This document shows, in pieces, positions 32,872 to 39,989 of a stretch of 64,000 nt of DNA (the first letter of the stretch is position 1; every line of letters begins with the position of its first letter). Source of the DNA: Sandaracinaceae bacterium (GTDB lineage Bacteria > Myxococcota_A > Polyangia > Polyangiales > Sandaracinaceae). The stretch is from positions 36,674-100,673 of the forward strand of contig JBGAQA010000013.1 in NCBI GenBank assembly GCA_044220955.1, in the 5' to 3' direction. The notes beneath the pieces are model-generated. The model saw only the letters and a list, made by a program, of their open reading frames with translations, was not told where the DNA came from and searched no databases. The translations under genes and the position numbers were made by a program.

Positions 32872-33687
32872 GCGCCCGCCGCGGACCACGTGGGCCGCGA
32901 GCGAGCGAAGCCCCGCGGCCGCGCTCCGGTTCAGCAGGTGTACCGCCGGCGCACCCAGCGGGTGGTTGCCCGCAAAGCGCCCGAGCCAGCGCCGAGAGAG
33001 GCGCGCCATCGCGTCGCCGCGTGGATCGGGCTCGAGCGCCGCGAGCACCGCGCGAGCGAACGCGTCGTCGGCCTCCGACGCGATGCCGAGGGCGAGCCGC
33101 GCCGCGCGACCGAGCCCGAGCCGCTCGAGGTGCCGCGCCAGGACGAGGGGCTCCATCGGGAGCGCGCGCGCGACGAGCGCCAGGTCGGCGACGTGGCGGC
33201 GGTCCCGAGCATCGGATCGCCCGCGCACGAAGTGGGCGACGAGGTGTGCGTAGAGGTCGTGTCGCTCGAGCATCCTCACCGAGCGCCCGAAATGGATCTC
33301 CGCCGGCAACGCGCGCGCGATGAGCGCATCCACGTCGAGGGCGAAGAGCTCCGGCTCGACGAGCCGCTCGTGCAGATCCACGTCCATCCCCAGCGCGGGA
33401 TCGCGGAGCGTCGTCGCGATGGACGTCTCGGCGACGAGGACGAGGCCGAGCCCACGGAGCGCCGCGATCGACGCGCTTCGTGATGCCGGTGATACGAGCA
33501 GGTCGATGTCGCTCATCCAGCGCGGTGGGGCGGGCGGATCGAGGCGCTCACCGAGCGCCGACAGGACGAGGCCCTTGAGGGCGATCGGGGCGATGTCGCG
33601 GGCTGCGAGCGCCGTCGCCGCCCGGGCCAGGAGCGCGCGGCCCGTGAGCACACGCTCGGCGGCGCGGAGGTCCTGCTCGTCGCTCAT
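32827..33687 (-). CDS. Nucleotidyltransferase family protein (NTP_transf_5-like, RiPP-associated)
   Basis: IALKG...RWMSDIDLLV, VDLHERL, HLVAH, DLALV. Confidence 0.85.
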   Translation of the reverse strand: MSDEQDLRAAERVLTGRALLARAATALAARDIAPIALKGLVLSALGERLDPPAPPRWMSDIDLLVSPASRSASIAALRGLGLVLVAETSIATTLRDPALGMDVDLHERLVEPELFALDVDALIARALPAEIHFGRSVRMLERHDLYAHLVAHFVRGRSDARDRRHVADLALVARALPMEPLVLARHLERLGLGRAARLALGIASEADDAFARAVLAALEPDPRGDAMARLSRRWLGRFAGNHPLGAPAVHLLNRSAAAGLRSLAAHVVRGGRSRAGRVLQRPSVPP

Positions 33688-33702
33688 GAATGGTGCCTTC
33701 CA

Positions 33703-33734
33703 TTGACACAACCAACCCCTCCGTGCAGAGTCAA
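33703..33734 (+). promoter_or_regulatory. Putative promoter/operator upstream of the precursor peptide
   Basis: TTGACA at 33703-33708, 17-bp spacer, CAGAGT; TTGAC...GTCAA inverted repeat in a 53-bp divergent intergenic gap. Confidence 0.4.
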
Positions 33735-33740
33735 CGGCCG

Positions 33741-33905
33741 ATGTTCACGGACGAGAAGACGGAAGTCGCGCCGAAGAGCGCCGATTCGACTTCGACCAAG
33801 CGCGCTCCGTACGAGCCGCCCCGCGTCGAGCGTCGCGTCCCGCTTCACCGTCACACGCTCCAGGGCCCGCAGACGTCGGGCAGCGAGAGCGTCTTTCCTC
33901 CGTGA
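33741..33905 (+). CDS. Putative RiPP precursor peptide (lasso-type leader)
   Basis: MFTDEKTEVAPKSADSTSTKRAPYEPPRVERRVPLHRHTLQGPQTSGSESVFPP; YxxPxV RRE-binding motif, Thr before the core, directly upstream of the radical SAM gene. Confidence 0.8.
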   Translation: MFTDEKTEVAPKSADSTSTKRAPYEPPRVERRVPLHRHTLQGPQTSGSESVFPP

Positions 33906-33932
33906 TCGCCACGTCCAGGGCGGTCTGACGCC

Positions 33933-34970
33933 ATGCGTCGCGTGGGCTTGCATCTCACCGACCGGTGCCAGCTCGACTGCGACCACTGCCTGCGCGACCC
34001 CGGCCGGGAGCCGCTCGATCTGGCGTTCGCGACGATCGAGATGGTGCTGGTCGAGGCGTCGCGGAGCCTCGGCATCGCTCGCGTCTCGCTGACGGGTGGC
34101 GAGCCGACGCTCCATCCGCGCTTCACCGACGTGCTCGACCTCGTCGTGTCGCTCGGCATGCGCTGGGACATGGTGTCCAACGGCCGGCGCTTCGATCGCG
34201 TCGCGCGCTGGCTCGAGGAGCGGCCCGCGCGCCGTGATGCCTGCGAGAGCGTCGCCTTGAGCATGGACGGCGCTTCGGACTCGACCCATGACGCCATCCG
34301 CGGCTCGGGACAGCGTCGCGAGGTGCTGGGCGCGATGGCGATCCTCGTGGATCTCGGCGTTCCCTTCGAGGTCACGGCGGCGGTCCACGCCCGGAACGCG
34401 CACGAGATCCCGGCTATCGCCGAGGAGGCGGCGGCGCTCGGCGCCTCCGCCGTTCGCTTCGTGATGACCCAGCCGACGGGCACCCCGCTCGACGCGGGTC
34501 TGGCGCTGTCGGCGAGCGCCTGGCGCGAGATCCGCGAGCGGATCGCCGCGCTCCAAGGGCGCGCTCCGATCCCGGTCCTCACGGGGGTGGGCTGGCCGGA
34601 GGCGCACGCCGAGACGTGCGCACCGCTGCGCGGTGACACGCTGCACATCGACCCGCGCGGGCGCCTGACCCTGTGCTGCCAGCACGCCGGGCTGCCGGCG
34701 CCGGCTCAAGATCTCACCGTCGTGGGCAGCGCCGAACGAGGTCTGGCACCTCTGCTGGCGCCATGGGCAGCCGCGCGGCGCGACGCGGCCGAGGCTGGCG
34801 CGCTCGAGGGCAGCTGGGCCGCCTTTCGGTGCAACGGCTGCCTGGCGCGCTTCGGCCGGCCTCACTGGACGGACCAGGGGGTTTCGGGCACGCTGGCCGT
34901 CAGGGAGCGTTGGCGGGGAGATGTGGAGCGATCCACCCTTCTCGGGCGCTCCCTGAAGGTTCTGACCTGA
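33933..34970 (+). CDS. Radical SAM protein with Cys-rich Twitch/SPASM-like C-terminus
   Basis: LTDRCQLDCDHC, LTGGEPTLHP, SNG, SMDG...HDAIRG; C-terminal C...CC...CNGC. Confidence 0.92.
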   Translation: MRRVGLHLTDRCQLDCDHCLRDPGREPLDLAFATIEMVLVEASRSLGIARVSLTGGEPTLHPRFTDVLDLVVSLGMRWDMVSNGRRFDRVARWLEERPARRDACESVALSMDGASDSTHDAIRGSGQRREVLGAMAILVDLGVPFEVTAAVHARNAHEIPAIAEEAAALGASAVRFVMTQPTGTPLDAGLALSASAWREIRERIAALQGRAPIPVLTGVGWPEAHAETCAPLRGDTLHIDPRGRLTLCCQHAGLPAPAQDLTVVGSAERGLAPLLAPWAAARRDAAEAGALEGSWAAFRCNGCLARFGRPHWTDQGVSGTLAVRERWRGDVERSTLLGRSLKVLT

Positions 34971-35025
34971 GCGTCTGAACACATCGGCTTGTTCGCGCAA
35001 CAGCGCGTCTTGGAGGAATGCATCC

Positions 35026-37134
35026 ATGATGATCCACACCAGCGAGAGCTCCGCACGTCGTGCGCGGGCGTGCCTCATCGTGGCGAGCGCCCTGCTTGCG
35101 GGCGTGGGGGGTTGTGTCGGTCAGGAGCCCGAGGCGCCGCGACCCGTCCAGCCTCGGATCCAGGAAGAGCTGCCGATCGTCCAGATCGTGCTCGGCGAGT
35201 TCGACGGGCAGGAGCTCACGTTCCGCACGCTGCAGCCGGACGAGATCCGCGACGGCATGCAGGGGCGCGGAGACGGCGCGGTGGTGGAGGCGCTGAGCGC
35301 GATCCCCAGCGTGTCGTGCAGCACCGGGTGCACCGGCGCGAGCTACGTTTCGTTCTCGAACGTCAGCAGTCCGGCCTCGTGGAGCGCGCGCCTCACGAGC
35401 GGCAGCGACGCGGCGGGGTACACGCCGTGGGCGACGAACACCTCTGCGGGCAACTGCCCGAGCGCCCCCGCTGCGGGCACGGCCGGCCTCTGTGCTCAGA
35501 TCCGCGCCCGCAGCACCTACGCCGGCCAGCAGCTCGAGCGCGCGTACGTCGACTTCACGAGCCTCACGGTGTCGGGCATGACGACGGCGATCTCGATGCC
35601 GAGCCAGCCCTTCAACGCCACCTCGGACTTCGGTGTCAGCCCGACGCTGACGAACGGCCTGCGCCGCATCGGCGAGATCGGCAGGGGAACCACGGCCCTC
35701 ACGTCGGGGGGTGTCACGCAGTACTGGACGTGGACGGGCACGACCACCTCCACCGGCGTCATCACCTTCCGCTTCGCCGTCGCGGTGCGCGGGGTTCTCG
35801 TCAACCCGACCCAGCGCGCGAGCCTCGCCACGGGCCAGATCGACGATCCGGCGAGCGACTATCCTGCGCGGACGGCCGTGACGCCTTCCGCGGCCGCGTC
35901 CTCGGCGACCTCGATCTCCGACGACGGCAACACCGTCGTGTTCGCGACGAGCGCGGGCATCGCGGTGCGGACCGTCTCCACGGGCGCGACGACCACGGGC
36001 ATCGGCTGCGCGGGAGCCATCAACCCGCACATCTCCGGCGACGGGTCGACGCTGGTGTTCCAGGGCCGCTGTGCCGGGGCTGTCGGGACGAGCGGGACGC
36101 CGACCACGAACCAGGTCTACGCGTACAGCATCGGCTCCGGTGTGCTCACGCTCGTCTCGCGCACCGCCGCCGGCGGCTATGCAGACGGCGCGAGCACCGC
36201 GCCGCGCGTGAGCAACACGGGCTCGATCGTCGTCTTCCAGAGCACCGCGACCACGCTCAACCTCCCGAGCATGCAGCCGGTCAGCGGCTGCCCCGAGGCG
36301 TACCGCTACGACCTCTCGATCGACGAGATGACGCACGTGAGCGCCATCCAGTTCTCCGACCCGGCCGATCCGGCGTCTTGGACGGGCGCGGGCTGCAACG
36401 CGTTCAATCCCGCCGGGCAGGCCCCGGACGTCAGCGGCGACGGGAACCTCGTCGCCTACCATGGCGTCCGGGCGCTCGATCCGGCGGACACGAACGGCGT
36501 CGTGGACGTGTACGTCTACGACTACTCCGCGTCGCAGGGCGCCGGTGTCGCCGCCCTCTTCCGCGTGCAGGGCAGCTCGCCCTGCCAGAGCGCGTCGCTC
36601 TCGGCCGACGGGGCTCGCATCGCGTTCGCCTGCGGCGCTGCCAGCGTGCGGCAGATCTACAGTGGCAGCTCGGCCGAGGGGAACACCTCGTTCGCCCAGG
36701 TCTCGCTGACCCCGACCGGTGGTCCCCCGGGCGCGGCGACCGCGGGCGTGCCGGCGATCTCGAGCACGGGACGCTTCGTCGCGTTCTGGAGCTCCGCCAA
36801 CGCGCTCTCGGCCGCCGGCAGCTGGTCGGTCGGCGCCACCTCGCAGGTCTACGTCTGCGACACGGGCGCGCCCATCATGTCGCTCCATCGCTGCTGGGCC
36901 GCGAGCGTCCTCGAGCCCACGGCGGCCGGCGGGACGTTCTCGCCGCTCTCGGGCAACGTCGTTCCGTCGACCCGCATCGAGCTGAGCTACCCGAGCGACA
37001 GCGACGCAGGCTACGTCGCGTACACGACCACCACCGCCCCGCCCGCTGCCTGGGGCTCCCTCGCCGGGACCAACGCCGTCCTCGTCAGCCCCATCGGCGA
37101 CCCGCGCTACCAGCAGCCGACGTCGACTCCCTGA
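35026..37134 (+). CDS. Large Ser/Thr-rich lipoprotein with TolB/PD40-like beta-propeller repeats
   Basis: LLAGVGGC lipobox; ISDDGNTVVF, ISGDGSTLVF, VSGDGNLVAY, DTNGVVDVYVYD, LSADGARIAF. Confidence 0.85.
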   Translation: MMIHTSESSARRARACLIVASALLAGVGGCVGQEPEAPRPVQPRIQEELPIVQIVLGEFDGQELTFRTLQPDEIRDGMQGRGDGAVVEALSAIPSVSCSTGCTGASYVSFSNVSSPASWSARLTSGSDAAGYTPWATNTSAGNCPSAPAAGTAGLCAQIRARSTYAGQQLERAYVDFTSLTVSGMTTAISMPSQPFNATSDFGVSPTLTNGLRRIGEIGRGTTALTSGGVTQYWTWTGTTTSTGVITFRFAVAVRGVLVNPTQRASLATGQIDDPASDYPARTAVTPSAAASSATSISDDGNTVVFATSAGIAVRTVSTGATTTGIGCAGAINPHISGDGSTLVFQGRCAGAVGTSGTPTTNQVYAYSIGSGVLTLVSRTAAGGYADGASTAPRVSNTGSIVVFQSTATTLNLPSMQPVSGCPEAYRYDLSIDEMTHVSAIQFSDPADPASWTGAGCNAFNPAGQAPDVSGDGNLVAYHGVRALDPADTNGVVDVYVYDYSASQGAGVAALFRVQGSSPCQSASLSADGARIAFACGAASVRQIYSGSSAEGNTSFAQVSLTPTGGPPGAATAGVPAISSTGRFVAFWSSANALSAAGSWSVGATSQVYVCDTGAPIMSLHRCWAASVLEPTAAGGTFSPLSGNVVPSTRIELSYPSDSDAGYVAYTTTTAPPAAWGSLAGTNAVLVSPIGDPRYQQPTSTP

Positions 37135-37141
37135 GCGCGCC

Positions 37142-37423
37142 GTGACCGGTGCCCCGCGCTGGCGAGCCTCGCCGCGCGCGATCCACACTCGGACGCCGCG
37201 GGGCGGGGTCGTGCTCGACCCCGTCTCGAAGGCGTACTTCGCGCTCAACGCGAGCGCGGAGGTGATCTGGCGGATCCTCGAGACGGGCGCCACGGCGCAG
37301 GAGCTCGCGGACGCGCTCTGTCGCGAGTTCGAGGTCAGCTCCGAGATCGCGCGAGCCGACGTCGCGGCCTGCATCGCCGAGCTCGAGGCGAACGCGCTCG
37401 TACACGTCGATGCCGCGCGGTGA
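37142..37423 (+). CDS. PqqD family RiPP recognition element (RRE, B1-like)
   Basis: VVLDP....YFALNASAEVIWRIL...LCREFEVS...ARADV...L....LV. Confidence 0.92.
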   Translation: MTGAPRWRASPRAIHTRTPRGGVVLDPVSKAYFALNASAEVIWRILETGATAQELADALCREFEVSSEIARADVAACIAELEANALVHVDAAR

Positions 37424-38333
37424 GTCCCAGCTCGGCCCGCTCCGCGTCACGTGGGAGGTCCCCGACGAGATGCCCGAGGCCGCCGGGGGCCTCGAGCACC
37501 TGGCGCCCGGCGCGGACCTCGCGCCCGCGGTCCGCTGGGAGATCGAGCTCGGCGCGCCGGGCCCGCTGCCCGACGCCCACGATGCGTTCTTCGGCGACGT
37601 TCGCGTCCAGCTCGGCGCGGACGCCGTCCGCGTCGTCAGCCCCGACGCGGATCTGCGCGTCGACGGCGGAGGTGTCCGCGGCCGCGTCCGGGCCCGCGCG
37701 TCGCTGCCCGCGTCGATCGCCCTCCATGCGCTCGCCGCCCACGCCGGGCTGACGCACCTGCACGCGGCCGTGGTGCAGCTCGGAGACCTGACGATCCTCG
37801 CGCCCGGCGGATCGGGCGCCGGCAAGACCAGCCTCGCGCTCGCCGTCGCCGGGGCGGGGGGCGAGCTCTTGACCGACGACGTGGTGTACGTCGACGGCAG
37901 CGGCATCGCCGAGCCGGTGCGCCGTCCGCCGCACGTCACGGAGGACACGCGGGCGCGCTTCGCGCTCCGAGCGCTCGGTCCGGTGAAGGACGGCCTGCTC
38001 CCGAAGCAGCGTGTCCCCGCTCCGCGCGGGGGCCCGGCGCCGCGCGCACGCATCGACCGCCTGGTGTTCCCCGAGATCGCGCGGGTCGGCGTGACGCGCA
38101 TGGCGCCGATCGACGACGTGGACGTCTTTCGGGGACTGCTCGCGTCGAGCGCGTTCGCGATGCTCGAGGGCGCTCCTGGCAGGGAGTCGATGCTCGACAC
38201 GCTGGCGGCGCTCGCGGAGCTCCCGGCGGCACGGCTGCTCGCGGGGCCGGACGCGCTGGCGACGCCGGCCGTCCTGGTGGACACGCTGCGCCGCTGGCTC
38301 GCCGATCCGGCGCTCACCCGTGCGCGTCGATGA
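37410..38333 (+). CDS. HPr kinase-like P-loop peptide kinase
   Basis: LHAAVV, GGSGAGKTS Walker A, LLTDDVVYV. Confidence 0.85.
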   Translation: MPRGESQLGPLRVTWEVPDEMPEAAGGLEHLAPGADLAPAVRWEIELGAPGPLPDAHDAFFGDVRVQLGADAVRVVSPDADLRVDGGGVRGRVRARASLPASIALHALAAHAGLTHLHAAVVQLGDLTILAPGGSGAGKTSLALAVAGAGGELLTDDVVYVDGSGIAEPVRRPPHVTEDTRARFALRALGPVKDGLLPKQRVPAPRGGPAPRARIDRLVFPEIARVGVTRMAPIDDVDVFRGLLASSAFAMLEGAPGRESMLDTLAALAELPAARLLAGPDALATPAVLVDTLRRWLADPALTRARR

Positions 38334-38580
38334 GCGCGTCGGCCTCGAGGTCGGCGAGGAAGGCGACGACGTCGCGGGCGAGCTCTGCTTCGGGGACGTC
38401 GAGCTCCGATCGAATGATCGCGACGATCTCCGCGCTCGTGCGCCCGCCCAGCAGCTCCCACACGCGCGCGCCCATCTCGTTGAGGACGCGCGCCTCGAGC
38501 GAGGGCACGCGCACCACGATCATGCGCCCATGCACACGTCGCGCGATCACGCGCTTGGCGAGCCGCCACCGCCGGGTCAC
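38314..38580 (-). CDS. Second PqqD family RRE
   Basis: RRVHGRMIVV...LNEMGARVWELL.G....EI...I..E.DV.....RDV..FL.DL....LI. Confidence 0.88.
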   Translation of the reverse strand: MTRRWRLAKRVIARRVHGRMIVVRVPSLEARVLNEMGARVWELLGGRTSAEIVAIIRSELDVPEAELARDVVAFLADLEADALIDAHG

Positions 38581-38630
38581 GCACGCACATTGCACCCCGC
38601 GAGCCGCGCTGCCAACGTCGCCGCTGCATC

Positions 38631-39989
38631 GTGCGGCCCATCCTCCTGCTCGAGCTCAACGAGGTGCACTGGCCGGTGCTCGACCGCATCGCCGCTCGCC
38701 ACGGCCGCCTGGCGGGGTGGCTCGCGCGAGCACGCTCTCACACCACGATCGTCTCGCCCGAGACCCGGCTCTCCCCCTGGATCACGTGGCCGACGCTACA
38801 TCGGGGCCTCCGGGCCTCCGAGCACGGCATCACGCACCTCGGGCAAGATCCGCTCACGGGGCATGGCACTCCCCTCTGGGTGGAATGCCGGCAGCGCGGC
38901 GGATCGATCGGCATCGTCGGCGCGCTGCACAGCTGGCCCCCCGGAGATCCCGGGCCGGACGGGTTCCACGTCCCGGACACGTTCGCCGCGAGCGCCGCGT
39001 GCTGGCCGCCGGAGCTGGAGCCCTTGCAGGCCATGAACCTCGCGCTGACGCGCGAGAGCGGTCGCGTCGCGAGCCGCCGCGTCCCCATGCGTCAGGCGCT
39101 CGCCGCCCTGCCGGTCGCGCTGCGCCTCCGCTTGCCTCCGTACGTCGCCTCGCGCGCCGCGCGGCAGCTCGTCGCCGAGCGCCTCGACGTCGACCGGCGG
39201 GACGCGCGCCCGCTGGTGCAGGCCACCCTCTTCTGGAACGTCTTCCGGCGTCTCTACGCGCGCGCCGGTCGACCCCTCGCCTACGCCAGCTTCTTCACCA
39301 ACCACGTCGCGAGCGTGCTGCACCGCCACTGGCGTGAGGCCTTTCCCGAGGAGCTCGCGCCGCGGATCAGCAGCCGCGTGCATCGCGACACGGTCGAGCG
39401 AGCCTTCGATCTGCTCGCCGAGATCGTCGTCGACGCGCTCGCGCTCGCGCAGGCGCACCCCGACCTCTTGCTCGTGCTCGCGAGCAGCATGGGTCAGGCG
39501 GCCGTCCACCGCGGCGCGCACCACGGCCGCGAGCTCGCGATCGGCGACCTGGCTCGCCTGCTCGCGCTCGCGGGCATCCCCCCCGAGGCTCACGCCCCTG
39601 GCATCGCGATGGTCCCGCAGGCGACGACGCGCGTCGGGGATCCCGCCCTGCGCGCTCGCGTCCGGCAGGAGCTGCACGCGCTGCGCACGATCTCGGGCAA
39701 GCGCTTCCTCGACGTGGAGGTGCGGGGCGAGAGCGTCAGCGTGACGATCGGTACTCCCCCGCGCGGCGACATCGATTCGGGGGTGCTGGTCGAGCACTCG
39801 GGCGCGCACGTGCGCTTCGAGGACGCGGGCATCGTCGTGCACGAGGTGGCGCGCGGCACCGGCAATCACGTCCCGCAGGGCGCGCTCGCGCTCGCCGGTC
39901 GCGGCATCGCGCCCGACGCGTCGCGCTCGGAGATCCCGCTCGAGAGCGTGAAGGGGCTCCTGCTCGAGCTCGCGGAGCATCCGTCTTGA
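38631..39989 (+). CDS. Alkaline phosphatase/NPP superfamily-like protein
   Basis: ILLLELNE, LSPWITWPTLHRG, NHVASVLHRHW, LASSMGQ, GNHVPQG. Confidence 0.65.
   Translation: MRPILLLELNEVHWPVLDRIAARHGRLAGWLARARSHTTIVSPETRLSPWITWPTLHRGLRASEHGITHLGQDPLTGHGTPLWVECRQRGGSIGIVGALHSWPPGDPGPDGFHVPDTFAASAACWPPELEPLQAMNLALTRESGRVASRRVPMRQALAALPVALRLRLPPYVASRAARQLVAERLDVDRRDARPLVQATLFWNVFRRLYARAGRPLAYASFFTNHVASVLHRHWREAFPEELAPRISSRVHRDTVERAFDLLAEIVVDALALAQAHPDLLLVLASSMGQAAVHRGAHHGRELAIGDLARLLALAGIPPEAHAPGIAMVPQATTRVGDPALRARVRQELHALRTISGKRFLDVEVRGESVSVTIGTPPRGDIDSGVLVEHSGAHVRFEDAGIVVHEVARGTGNHVPQGALALAGRGIAPDASRSEIPLESVKGLLLELAEHPS

Noticed and set aside
37105..37134. YQQP motif at the C-terminus of the large lipoprotein as a second RRE-binding site
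   Set aside because: No downstream core and no xL residue; probably chance.
33933..38580. PQQ biosynthesis (pqqD/pqqE)
   Set aside because: No pqqB/pqqC, and the peptide lacks the ExxxY core of PqqA.
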